Below are positions 24,148-37,418 of a stretch of DNA of 64,000 nt, piece after piece. Each line of letters opens with the position of its first letter. Within the stretch, counting starts at the first letter, position 1. Origin of the DNA: Chrysemys picta bellii (taxonomy: Eukaryota); assembly GCF_011386835.1 (NCBI RefSeq), contig NC_088801.1, positions 10,540,001-10,604,000 on the forward strand. The letters are read 5' to 3'. The position numbers and the translations under genes were made by a program. A model generated the notes under the pieces. The model saw only the letters and a list, made by a program, of their open reading frames with translations, had not been told where the DNA came from and ran no database searches.

Positions 24148-27109
24148 GGCTACAAAAATTGTTTACTTAGTTATTCTTAGCCAAATGTTTTGTGGAGAAT
24201 GGGCATTTGTAACTACAACAAATCAATTTTATTTTCAATTTTTTTAAAATTATTATAAAATGTTATTTTGCTATATCTAATTAAAAGATCATGGGGTTTC
24301 TTAATCCTTATTTTCAGTCTTTCCCTATGGAATTTGAACACTAGCACTGCCTTTCTAAGTCTAAATTTTCTCTGTAGGTATTTGAATGGATGGAGACAGA
24401 GTGTGTGTATATATTATAAATATATACCCTAGATATCTGCTGATAGCTATGCACACTATTAAATTTGTTACATAAACTTTAAATTTACATTTTATATGTA
24501 TAAAAAAAATCTGACATTTGGTACAAAGAATACACTGAGCTGCGTGGACAGCAATTTCATCTTCACGTGGGCTTCTTAGACTAATCATTGGAGGTTTCCT
24601 AATCATCTTTACCACATCTGGCATTTAATGGACTCCATTCCCACTCTCTACCTTGATTTCAATATAACTTCTATTTCATTTTCTCAAAATAAGGCATTAA
24701 GAATAGCAGTCATTACTCCATACACATTCTTTTCTGGTATTTGTACATTTCACATGTTTAAGAAGAGCGAGTGGCTCATATTTACAAACATTCACAAGTG
24801 CCTCTTTAGACAACAACGCCCCTTTCTCCAGGTATTTTACTTTTGGGGGTCTTGTCTATTGGAGGCAGCTGCAAGTTATAAAGGGGTGGCATGTTTATAA
24901 CTGGCATCTCAATCCAGTGAAGTGCAATAGCAGTTTTACAATGGGGCATAGTTCACTCCATACATGCAACCTTTAGCGCAAGGGAGTCGTGCATCTCTTC
25001 ATATGGAGGTGGAAAAAGAACGACCTTGTTAAACGCTACCCCCTACACATTTGGGTGCAAGACACTTACTGCTTTCAACATGCTGTACAGCTGAATCCTA
25101 TTCCAGAATAGTTGCAGTGAGCTAAGGCTGCAAGGTCAACCCAATTTCTTGCTGAATAACTGATCAGCATTTTAGAAAAAAACAAAAATTAAAAAAAAAA
25201 GAAAAAGCCAAAGCTGCTGTTAGAAACCTTTGGTGCTAGAGCAATGGTATTTCCAACACACTGTGCATACGTTTAGATGACCTTAAGAATGGGAAATTTA
25301 AGCAGTTTAACATCAGGCTGCAGAAGCAATTCAATCTCCTATGGCTATTACAGATCTGATGATCTGCTGCCAATTTACCTGCTAGAACCAAACAGAAACA
25401 CAAGACTATCATTGTATATTGTGTCATTAACCTGGGCCGCACTGAGGAGCGCAGAAGGAATTCAACCCTCACATCACATTAAACATTGCCCTTAAAGAAC
25501 TGCACTCTCACACAAACATTAATTGAGTACTAAGAGTTCAGAGTTCCTCCTCCCCGTGCTTCTACTTTCTGCTTGAATGGAGTCCACAGATTCTTGCTGT
25601 GATTGCCAATTTCATGAAGCCATTCAGATGGCTAATAAGAATGACTCTGAAATGTCTTGATGAAAATATAACCTACCCCATTGCCCATACACACTATAAT
25701 ATATGCACCTGTTAAGCACAATGAAAGCAGTGATCTTGCTCACGGAGTTGAAAAACTAAATAATTTCAGCTCTTACATGGCTTTTTTTTTTTTTTTTTTG
25801 CGCAAATGGAAATGTTTGAGCTACCAAAAAAAAAAAAAAAATTAAAATAACTGCAAGGTTTAACTCGCTTGCACCTCTAAGAATTGCAGCTGTAATCCTG
25901 CCAAATAAACAATAACCGTATAACTCTCCGACACAGGGAACCACCTGAAATGGAAGCTAAGAAATGACTTTAGCTTGTAATGTCTACAGTGATCTTGGGC
26001 GCCAGTTTCTTTAGAACTGCTGACATTAGAGATGTCTAGTGCAACAGTTGTCAGCCAGGAGGGCTCTGCACCAGTCCTGTAACTTTAGCTTGGGATTTAG
26101 GTACCTAACACCCACTGAAAATCAATGGGACTTTTGTGACCAGTGCCTGCCTCTTTTGATCTAGCTGAATAAGTTGAAGAAACTAGTACAGCCAAACTCT
26201 TAGGGCCAGAATCTGCTTTTGGTCATACCGCTGTATAAATCCAGAGTAATTTTTTTAAATGGGGTTTTTCCCAATTTACACTGGGATCACTGGAAGCAGA
26301 ACCTGGATCAGCCTGCTAAACTGGTACAGTTGCCAGAAAAGGTTGGGAGTCATTGAGCTACTCTAAGACCCTCACTCACAAAATTTTATAATAAATCTCC
26401 TTACAGCTATAGATCACTACCATAGGTTAGGGTTCAACTAGTTTAGAAACAGGTTACTTTGTTCTCCTGCTTTTGGTCCCACACTTTAAGACCAGGTTAC
26501 AGAGTCCACCTCTGCTCTGCCTCACCCTTAGGAGAGCTGTACATTTTGAGTCATGAGCAGCAAAGCCTCGTCTCAGCTCTGTGGATGGGTATGTGTGCAA
26601 TGACCAGCTCCATCTCAGCCCCACCTTCCAAACAAGTGTCCGTGAATGACAGCAATGAGAAACTAGCTGAGTGCTGGCTTTCAGTGAAATCTCTCCTATG
26701 TAACCAATACAACCCAAACTGCTTCAAACGCATCCCAGTCAATGACTGAAAACAAACATGGCAATTGCTACAGTAAGATGCATACAAAGAATTCAAGTTC
26801 TGGAGCTACTTGGAGCTCATGGGTGTTTAGGTTTGTACTCTTATCTCATGCTCAGTATTGTGGCATTCTAAAAGTCTTAGCCTCAGGAGTTCATTATAAA
26901 TAGTTAGAAACATTCAATACTAACAGTGTCAAACTTGCTCACTTTGCTAACACATTTGATGGAACTGTCCATTAAGCACTGGCGATACTGTTTGGCCAAA
27001 ACAAAACAATGTCAGACATACATATCTGGTTGTACACACCATGGCTTCTGCAACAGTCTAATACAGTTCTGCTGGACACAGGCACACACATACACAAAAT
27101 TACATTTCA

Positions 27110-28308
27110 AGGCTGGATATAATGTTTAATAACGCTACAGTCCCCATTTAATAACTGTAACAAGGTTGGGTTTTTTTGTTTGTTTCTAGCTGAGAAATCT
27201 AAAGAAATATTGGCAAACAATGCACATTATTCAGCTGTATAATTATTTGATGGCGTACTGACTGGAAGACACTAAGAATGTGCAGCAGACTTTCTGCGTC
27301 ATGGTATGCTATGAATACATTCCTTAGAAAAATACCGTGCCAAAAATTCAGAATTTCTTACTCTTCAAAAAATAAGTGAACTAAAAAAATAATAATAAAA
27401 TAAGAATGAGCCCCAAGCCTAGTGATTTCACAAGAGGAGGGCCTGGCCATCAGTCATCATTCCTTGCAGATATGAACAGGATCAAGCTTGGAGGGAAAAA
27501 AAGTAAATGTAATTTCAAAGAAAGCTCATGGCTCATGTACAGCACTCCTCACATTTTTTCCAGTGGTAAGCACATCGTTGTTATGCAAAGTCCACATCTC
27601 ATTAGTCCAACATTTACTTCACTTAACATCTCATTGCCTGTATCATTTTCTTTTAATTAAAACTGGAAATATTCTGAAATGCTTCTTTGGGTAGAGTACT
27701 TTGTGTGTTTCCTTTCCCCAGTTGAACTGGATGTTACCAAAGAAGAGACTGCGGAGGCTATTTCCTGCAATGTGAAAGGAATCTTCTAGTGATGCTGGAG
27801 ACACCACTGGAAACCTAAAACTGTTCTAGTTCCTACCGTGATGGAGTCTCAGGCAGCTTGTCTTGTGAACGAAGTGTCATTCAATGTACCGCCATTGTCT
27901 AGTCACTGTACAATCATCCATTGCTCTAAGGAGCTACCTGTAATGTTTCTTAGAACACACGAGTGTAGCATGGTGGAAACCTAGCACAGCATGCAATCAG
28001 CTCCTCGGGAATTCAGGCCTCAGAGAGAAATACTGATCATCCAGCCATGAATATTTGCAGCAGTAAGTGTCATCACCAGCCAAATATCCACAAAAGTCTA
28101 TGCAGAATGGTCCATGGTCCATAAGCATTCTGTCAACTTAAGGAGATGTGCTGTTTAAAAGTAATACAGTTAACCAAAAAGAAAAAAAAAAAGGCCCTAC
28201 TTGTACAATATTTACATCTGGAGACCGGGCCAATATTTGGTCCATAAACTCAGTTTAAAAAACAATTCATATAGGAAGTGATCCAGTCCTTGGACAGTCT
28301 GTCCATCA
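27110..28308 (-). other. Probable SEMA5B 3' UTR; candidate ATTAAA signals near 27125-27151
   Basis: Repeat-free sequence after the stop codon; end uncertain. Confidence 0.45.
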
Positions 28309-28464
28309 TCAGCTGTTGGTAAAGGTCCTTCCAGGGGAGGCCTCAGGCCTGTAGTCATATTTATTCAGTGTACTGGGATAATAGGTTGTAGTGTACACGT
28401 TGGTTTGCTGCAAGGGATAGAAGTTGGTCCTCTCATCAGGTATTAAGTTGTTCTTGTTAAGCGT
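28309..28464 (-). CDS. SEMA5B: SEMA5B last coding exon (cytoplasmic tail)
   Basis: Acceptor ttttacag, phase 0; TLNKNNLIPDERTNFYPLQQTNVYTTTYYPSTLNKYDYRPEASPGRTFTNS*. Confidence 0.95.
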   Translation of the reverse strand, partial: TLNKNNLIPDERTNFYPLQQTNVYTTTYYPSTLNKYDYRPEASPGRTFTNS

Positions 28465-29621
28465 CTGTAAAAAGTAAAAAAATTACATAGACATATAAAT
28501 GCTTTGTAAATGCTCTTTCCTGTTTTCAGAAATTTCTCTCTCAGATTCCATCTCCATCCTGGGCCACTGGCACCTTCCCTCCATCTGGGAGGATAAGATG
28601 GGTGTGTACCATACATGGCTCTCTCTCTCTGTGGAGTCAGTCAGTGGGTGGACCCACAGCTCTTGCCATTTCTGTGTTGGTGGATCTGTGCTCAGCCATT
28701 ACTAGAGCCAGAATCCAGAGTCTTCTGCAGAGACCCAGATTCTCCTACTAGATGGCATGATGTCTGATCATCATTGTCACACAACCATGCTGGGCCTAAA
28801 CAGGACTGAGTGGTGGGCTGTACACTCAACCTATTCCCTTCCAAAGTGTTCATTGTACAGCCACCAACTCCCTGTCATAGTAGTTACCAAGATGGCACTT
28901 CTTTTCTCTTTGGAAGAGCAGGTGCACATTTACCTGATCTCCATCTCCATTGGTAGATATCCAGGTTTGGACCCCCCGATATTAAGTGTGTCACTTCTGT
29001 CAGCTACAGTATAAGTAACAAGTCATGGTCACTTTTTGAAAAACTAAAATGACTCAAGAAATTCTACAACCAAGTAACAAGTGTTGTCAATAGCAGCAGA
29101 AAAATGAGAAATACAAAATGTATCTTTTACCACTAGAATTTAGAAAAGAGGCAGGGGCTTTTCTTCCCCCTTCTCTGCCTTATCATGGAATCACTTATAT
29201 TCATGCCATCAGAAATTGTTTTCCCCCTCCCCTTTGTTGTAAAATCCACTGACATGCCAGATGTTTCCAGCTCAAAAGGATAAAGTCCTGTTTTGGAGGA
29301 TGAGACTCCTCTCAGAAAATTTATCGTTTTCCTTGCTGTCGATGTCATTTCAGTCACACAATCCATTTCGCTTTTGAAGCATGCTCATGGCAGGCTTTTA
29401 TTTTTAAATAACTGCATGCCTCAATCTCTCACATGGGCCCCTTAATCTGCTGTTATGCTGCAACAGGGAATTCATCCCTTGTTCTGAGGCAACAAAAGAT
29501 GTATGTTTCACTTACACCCTTAAAATAGGTGCACACTATTTCCAAAAAGGGTGCAGAGACCGGTGATTGGCTAGTTCAAGCTTCTTGCCATCTGGAGTGG
29601 AGAGTGTCACCCATTTGAAAG

Positions 29622-29817
29622 GCAGCATGGACTGGAGGACTGAATATAAGCTTTGGAGTCTGAAACTTCTGAGTTCTAATGCTGGCTCTGCTACTGACTA
29701 ATTGTGTGACCTTGGGCAAATTACATCACCTGTTTCCATATGGGTTAATAACGCTTGCTAACCTACCTCCCAGAAGTGATGTGATGATTAACTGGTCAAT
29801 GCTCAACAAGTGCTAAG
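29622..29817 (+). mobile_element. MIR-like SINE
   Basis: ctgagttctaatgctggctctgctactgac...tgtgtgaccttgggcaaattac core. Confidence 0.65.
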
Positions 29818-30149
29818 GGCCCAATACTTCCACTCTCACTCAAACTGAGAAGTAGCTTACTCATGCATAGAGTCCTAGGTACTTCAGAGGGGGCTTCATG
29901 TGCGTAAAGCACTGCTCTCGGTGACTACAGGTAACAGCATCAGGCACTATATGCATGCCAAACATCACTCTTTGAATGGGCAGAACTACTATAGATGTGC
30001 AAATGCTAAATAATTTCCAACTGGCCAAAAAGGGGTGAGAATTCCTTCTGCCCTTAGAAATGAAAGGAAGATGTGATAGGAAGTGTTATGCACCGCTCTC
30101 AATCAGCCAAAGAAATATCAAAATAATAAAGGGAGCAGTTTGTTGGTTA

Positions 30150-30338
30150 GAGTTCAGGGTTGGTGGTCAGGGAATTTGAGTTTAATTCTCTGGCTCTGCC
30201 ACATTCTGTGTGTCCTTGGGAAATCTCTGAGATTCAGACTCCCCATCTGTAATATGAAGATAAAAATACTTACCCAGCTTGGTCAAAGAGTTGAGATCCC
30301 TGGGTAAAAGGCACATTATATGTGCAAAGTATTATTAT
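30150..30338 (+). mobile_element. MIR-like SINE
   Basis: tggctctgccacattctgtgtgtccttgggaaatc...ccccatctgtaatatgaagata core. Confidence 0.6.
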
Positions 30339-32497
30339 TGGGGAGCTCTTCCAAAGCATATGAACTTAGTTATTCATGCATACTGTACATAAGGATTGTT
30401 AGTTCCTAACTAGTGTGATTTAGCTCCGTATACTTAACACGTGCAGTTAAATACTACATGCCAGTGCCTTCCATGGAGGAGTACGGCGCGCCGTACCACT
30501 GGTGTCCTCGTTCACCAAGTGAGCATAAAACACCGCCAGATCTACTCGACTGCACAGTAGTAGCCCAAGTGTAAATTTTCAGAAGCATAAATGAGGGCAA
30601 GAGGAACACGTGAGTGAGGAAATCGCCTCCTACATGGTCAAGTCCTGAGATGATGCTCAGGGAAATCTCACAGGTTGCACAATGTGGGAAGGAGAGGGCT
30701 GTCAGCATATGGATGTGTGAGAGCAGGTGTTTCAGTTGGATGCTCTCGGGAGGTCACGGCAGCTGTGGATTAGCGGAGTCTCTCACTAAGGGTTAAGAGT
30801 AGAGATGAGTCTAGATCTAAACACCCCTGAAGTTTGATGATGATCAAATCTTGGTCGGGCCCACCTCTAGCTGAAAATGAAAAATCACAGCCCTCGATTC
30901 CTTGGGCTCTCAGCTGGAATGACTAAATTTCAGGATTTCCTGCAATGCTTTAAATCTAGTCAGTGAAAGCAAGCGTTGCATTTAATTAACATTGGCATTT
31001 TCTCTCTCTTTTTTGCCTTTACTTTCCTATAACACTTAATTAGAAAACAACCCCACAACTGTTTCTTTGTTCTTTGATGGAGGGTTTCATATCTTTGGGC
31101 AATACCTTATGAAAATGCTTTAAGGGATTTATAATGCAATTAGCTTCACAGAATAAGGCTCTGGCGATATTAGGAAGGCAGAACGAGCCCTAAATCCATA
31201 TGATCAATGTACAGCGCCTTAATGTTTTCCAGCACAAACATATTGTTGGTCTTATTTTAATAAATAGATGGTTAGGCTCCCAGGCACTAGAAACTGGTTG
31301 ATATTTTTGCAAGAGGAGAAATTAGGCAGCAGCGAATTTTAGAAACCCACAAACCCAGACGGGGATTGCATTTAAATCTCTGTGGGTAGCCTCACTTGTA
31401 TAATTAAAAGATTTAACCCTGGCTCCTTTCCTCTCCCCCTATGCAGGGATGAGAGACAGGTGACAAACTGTCCCTCTGAAGACTTTCCTTCAGGAGTGAC
31501 ATGGGTTGCGCCATCAAGGCAGGACATGGCTCAGACGCTGGACCGCATTCATCCCCAGTGTGCTGAACTCAATGGAGTTACACCCGGGGCACATTTGGCC
31601 CACTCTGAACAGACAAGGGTCTCCAGCAGGGTTTGTTGATGCTATTGCCTCTCCTCTAAAACTTCAGTAAGATGCCTTCTCCTCAGGGCAGCACTCCCCC
31701 TGGGCAATACACAGCTGTATCTGAGAACCTTCCTAAACATGGCTGGGAAAGGGGGTTAAGGCTCTCTCACAGCCCTGCCTCTGTAGCAGCACTCAGAATC
31801 TATGGTGATAAAAATGCCTGTAAGCTATATTTAGATAGAAAGATAGAAAATTGTTTCACTCAGGAGCAAACAGGAACTCAAACCACATTGATCAAATATC
31901 TGCTACCTGCTTCCTCCATCCTCAAGATCAGCAGTATCAGCAAAGCCAAGTTATATTTGCCAGTCTATCCATCAGGAGCCTCCATCCAAGAACCTTTTAG
32001 CAGATGGCTTGCCAGCAATTTATGCTAATCTGACCCAAACCCATTACTCAAGGGCACACACCAGAATTTAAACGTCTTCCTTTAAAAGAGTTTTTATTGT
32101 ATTATATTGGCATATGAATAAAACACAAGAAAGACTCTTCTGTCCTAGGAATATTAGTTTGTCACATAGGGACGTTTTCAGAAAAGTGAAGAAAGATCGC
32201 TCTGAGATGGTTTGAGATAAGTGCAGCATTTTGACATATTATCACTGTCAGCAATTTTTAAAAAAGTATGTCCTGACAATGCTACTGGGGCTAGCAGAAC
32301 ACTGAATAGCCCAATGTTTACCGAAATGTATAAGCAATGTCTAGTTGTCATTACAATAATTTTAAAAGCATAGGGCTACCAAAAATGCCTTCCATATATT
32401 GTCATAACCTCTGAAACTTATATACAATATACGTATGGATATGTTCCATATGGATGGACTATTTTGTATGTGCATGTGTGTGTGTGTATTATTTAGT

Positions 32498-32629
32498 CTT
32501 GCATCTGAAGAAGTGAGGTTCTTACCCACGAAAGCTTATGCTCCCAATACTTCTGTTAGTCTTAAAGGTGCCACACGACCCTCTGTTGCTTTTTACAGAT
32601 TCAGCCTAACACAGCTACCCCTCTGATAC
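32498..32629 (+). mobile_element. Penelope-like terminal-repeat fragment (~130 bp)
   Basis: cttgcatctgaagaagtg...cacgaaagcttatgc...ttagtcttaaaggtgccac...ctaacacagctacccctctgatac. Confidence 0.85.
32501..32541 (+). ncRNA. Minimal type I hammerhead ribozyme motif
   Basis: GCAU-CUGAAGA-A-GUGAGGU(UCUU)ACCCAC-GAAA-GC-UU-AUGC: stem I, core, stem II, GAAA, palindromic AGCU helix III. Confidence 0.75.
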
Positions 32630-35307
32630 ATGCACAGACAGTTCCATCCCATCCAAGATAAAGTTCCAATGAAGCAAAGTGTAAGTATTTTTAAACGTGA
32701 CTGGCATCATGATATATTTGTTCACTAGATCTTTTTCATCATTTACTAGTGATATTTTTAGGCGAAGTAAAACTTTCAGACTTTCTAATTACTAACCGCC
32801 TGTGTCATAAGCCTTACCCCCATGCCAAAAAATTGTGCCCTTAGTCCAGGTCATTAAATTATAATCCACTAGTGTATTGGATTAAAATCTGACAACTCTC
32901 AGCACATAATCGCATTTAATAATATGGATATTACAGTACTAATCCAGTTTGATCTTGGATACAACTGTATATATGCCCTGTATGTACATTTGTGTGCTAA
33001 AACTTTTCCAAATTTCAATTTTTTTTACAAAAACTTTTCAATTTTTTCCCCATTTTTTGACCAGCTCCAGTGAAAAGGGCAATTTTTTTTAGTGTATTAG
33101 CTATAAATACACGTTCCTCCCAAATATATGCCTCCAAAATCTAAGTCAGCACAAAAAAGTAACAGTGAAATAATACAGAAAGATTTCTGGTAAGCCTCAT
33201 CTGGTACCTGATTTTGCAGTTACTTCCACCTTTGTCCAGTCCTCTCAGCACTTCAGACTCCTCTCCCTTTTTTGGAGCTCTCCTAGGATCTTGGGGGCAG
33301 ATCTTCATTTGGTGTAAATTTGTCATAATTGCATGAAAGCCAATGGCGCTATGACCATTGACACAAACAGCAAATCTGCCCCAACATCTTTCTGCACTGG
33401 CAGATATTTCAGTCTTTCCCTTTTACATATGGCAGTTATTTTTAGTTAGGTGACCCCTTTAGAGCATCTCACTCATCATTTGTGATTAACCCCTAATCAC
33501 ATTTTAATCTTGTCCTGGATTAAGAGGTTTTATACCATGATGCATATCTTTCCAACTGTAATTTCCCCCAAAAGATCTCTGTAAAATGCGATGACTGCAC
33601 TTCCACTCCTGCAGTTTTGTATATAATATAAGATCTCTTTTTACCATTAAAAACACATCAGTCCTAAACTTCATGTTGGCTGGAAAGGAACACAAGAAGC
33701 CAGCCAGCCAGCCAATCAGTGCGGTAGCCTCTCCATACACTTTTAAGCTTTGACATGCATTGTGCAGTGGATTTAGGCAATAGCCCAGAACTGGTGTCTA
33801 CATATCAAAGCGACTGGATTGCTTTATGGATAGACAGCATGAATTAGACTACTGCACTCAGTCACAGTAGGAACCCACAATGCCCAAATTGGGACCATAT
33901 GCAAGTAGAGCTTGATATCCTACTTCCACTGTAATCAAGGGCATGAATTCAATGGCACAACATTAGGCCTTTAAAGAATAAAATGAGTGGCTCCCATTTT
34001 CCCTGCTAGCAGTATCCAATATCCTGCAGTAACGTGATCTGAGAGAGCAAACTGGACACTCCTGTTTTCTGTGGGGAAAGAGGGAGGGAGAAGGGAATTA
34101 TATAATCAACTCAAAATATAATTACATAATGGATAGAAATAAACACTAAAGCATACCAGATCCAACCTTTTGTCTTTTTTGTGTTCCTCGTGGGGCTCGT
34201 GTTTTCCTCAGGGTAAAATCAGATTGGGTAAAATGCTTTTTCAATACAGATTGTTTATGTTTTATGGAGCTAGCCATGCCCTGCTCATGACAGGAAATTA
34301 CTCGGTGTCATGGCAACATAAAATAGATAAGGATTACTGAAATGGACTCAGATTATGAACACTTCCCTGCAGAATGCACTTTTCTGGAGTGGTACAAGGT
34401 GGTCATCTCAGCACTATGACTAGCCAGCAAATTGGTGAATAATTAGCACAACAATTACATTAAAAATAAACAAAGCACATGACTAAAATCAAACCTCTTG
34501 GCATGTACTAGCACTAACAAAACAAAGGATACACAGCCTACTCCCGCCCATCAACTGCCTGCTGCAACGGTATCATGCCTCTCACGCTATACATGATAGC
34601 CACTACTGAAAATACAGACAAATGCTGGAAAGGGCTTCGGAATCCCACAGATTAGCCACAAACTATAAAAAGATTCACAGCCTCTGGCATCTCTTCTCTC
34701 AAGTCTTCCTTAGAAGCTCACCTCCTCCCGGATGGTGCAAAGAAACTTAGATCTGCTAAACTGTACGCCCAGTGGGTGAAATCCTACCCTCACTGCAGTC
34801 GATGGCACAACTTCCATTGTGAGCTAGGCACATACTTATGGCTAGACTTGTGTTTAAGTATCTTTCTGAATTGGGACCCAAGAGTCTGATCCAAAGGTGA
34901 CTGAGGTCAAGGGGAGTCTTTCCACCGCCATCAGCAGGTGGTGGATCTGACCTTAAGTAATTTGTCCACCTCACACTCGGCGTGATCTTAGACTTGCATG
35001 TATTTGTTACTCTTCTCTGGATGATTATCAGCATTAGTTATTTGTTTCCTGTAGCATTCACAATGTGCTAGGCACTATACAGACACAAAGGAAGCCTCAA
35101 GCAACCTACACCCAAAAAATTCCCTCCTCTTTGTCAGTATGGAGATGTTTGGAGTGGGACACAAAATTCCAGCTGTAGTCTCAACAGTGCTGTGGAGATA
35201 CAGGCTATCTGCTCCCTGCTCTGTGATGTCTCTGCAGAATTCTTCTGTCCACCTAGCTATCGCCTATTGGGAAGGTGGACAGATGCAAGCACCCCTCCTG
35301 TCGGCAT

Positions 35308-35598
35308 AGGTATATCTACACTGAAGCGCTACCATGGTGCAGCTGCAGCGTTTCAAGTGTAGATAAGCCCTACATCAATGTAGCTACACTGGTGCAAACA
35401 ACCCTAATGTGTATATACTGCAACAATGCAACTTACCTGGTAACTTACTGGGGTAAGTCACCTGGGATGGTATGAGCTCCACATCACCCCAGCACAGTGC
35501 ATTTAGATTGGGAGTTACACAGATACAGCTACCCCAGCGCGCGCGCACACACACGCACACACACACACCCCCAAAAATATCACAGTATAGACAGGGTC
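35308..35598. mobile_element. Two adjacent Harbinger-like MITE remnants, second containing a (CA)n tract
   Basis: tatctacact...agtgtagata-type inverted ends. Confidence 0.5.
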
Positions 35599-35660
35599 TA
35601 ATTTGCCAACCAATACTTTCCTTAGGTCTCTGACAGCCTTCCTGCTTTTCAGGGATCTCC

Positions 35661-36716
35661 TATGAGGCTGGCAGACCAGGTGCCATCTCTTGCCAATGCT
35701 TTAGACCTCAGCTGAGCACTGACAAATGTATTGCTGGAAACCAGTCAGTTTTACCTGTGTATCCGCATGGCTAAGATGGGTACTGGACTTACCACAAAGT
35801 GTTCAGATTTTATGAAATGCTTAGAAGTTGCTGCCGGCATTAATCTCATTTATCTCTTTATCACATGCTATGAGGCAGTATTTACCTTTTTGTTTTGTAA
35901 CTGTAAAAAATGCTTGCTCTGAAATTGTGAACTCAGTCAGGAGGGATGTCTCCTGCCCATCAGGAAGTCGTATCAAAATGAAATGAACCATTGTGGAACA
36001 TTACAATACAAAGACTTTGTTAACTGCCCCCTCACACTCATCAAGAGGCTACATGCAAAAGGGCTCATCACATCAGCTTGAATTCTGGAAGTAGGAAATA
36101 AAAACAGCTGACAAGAAAATGTGTCATCTCTTTTGCTGTTTGGACGCCCAAAGGGCTAGAGGTGGCTCCGAAACAGAAGCAGAGATCCCCTGGGTGAACC
36201 TGGGTTAGCCCTAAAAGACATTCAGAGCTGACATATTACTACAACTCTGTCACCTTTTGAAACCACACACTAATTCATTTGCGTATATATGTTTGCCTAC
36301 TTTAATTTTGTAATAAGGCTCATTTTTTTGGTACTTAATAAACCCTTAAATAATTTACAATAGGATTGGCTACAAGCATTGTGTTTGGTGTGAGATCTAA
36401 GGTGCAAATTTACCCGGAGTAAGTATCTAGTCTCTTGGGGCTGAGAGTAACCCAAATCTTTTGTTATCTTTGGTGCATAGCAACCATCTATCACTAAGTC
36501 GTTTGCCTGGGTGGCAAGATAGACTGGAATGCCCAAGGGGACTGTCTGTGACTCCACTGTAAGGCTATTATAGGGCTTCAGGAGTTCACATTTGTTACTG
36601 GGTTGGTGAAATCTCATTACAGAACATACAACCAGTTTGGGGTGTCTGCCCTGCTTTTTGACAATTTGCCTTGAGGTTGGCACTCACGGTCGTGAGCCAT
36701 TCCAGGCAGCGTGACA
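35661..36716 (+). mobile_element. Solo LTR (~1.06 kb)
   Basis: tatgaggctggcagacc (decayed TG) ... ggcagcgtgaca; internal aataaa; flanks tctcc/cctcc resemble a 5-bp TSD with one mismatch. Confidence 0.65.
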
Positions 36717-36957
36717 CCTCCCTCCCACTACATAGCTGCCTTTTGAGTACCTTCCACATAATTGCTTTGGGTGTCTCCCCCCGCCCCTGCTAAATCTCAC
36801 CTATTTCTTTCTACATCTATGAACTCTCTGGGTCCTTTCCCATGAGTTTTCTATCAAGGCTGGTGTTTGACACACCTCCCAATTTAGGGTCTTCTGATAA
36901 TTTCATTAACATGCTGTTTGCAATGAAGGTGTCGAAGGAAACCAGGCTTCACACGGA

Positions 36958-37370
36958 TCATAGAATATCAGGGTTGGAAGGGACCTCAAGAGGTCATCTA
37001 GTCCAACCCCCTGCTCAAAGCAGGACCAATCCCCAACTAAATCATCCCAGCCAGGGCTTTGTCAAGCCTGACCTTAAAAACCTCTAAGGAAGGAGATTCC
37101 ACCACCTCCCTAGGTAACCCATTCCAGTGCTTCACCACCCTCCTAGTGAAAAAGTTTTTCCTAATATCCAACCTAAACCTCCCCCACTGCAACTTGAGAC
37201 CATTACTCCTTGTTCTGTCACCTGGTACCACTGAGAACAGTCTAGATCCATCCTCTTTGGAACCCCCTTTCAGGTAGTTGAAAGCAGCTATCAAATCCCC
37301 CCCTCATTCTTCTTTTCTGCAGACTAAACAATCCCAGTTCCCTCAGCCTCTCCTCATAAGCCATGTGCCC
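36958..37370 (-). mobile_element. Young CR1 3' fragment (PsCR1-like)
   Basis: Open ORF2 C-terminus ...[48 protein letters not shown]... and tail. Confidence 0.95.
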
Positions 37371-37418
37371 CACATGACACCTCCCCACAATATGGGTAAT
37401 TGCCATTAATCATTGCTG

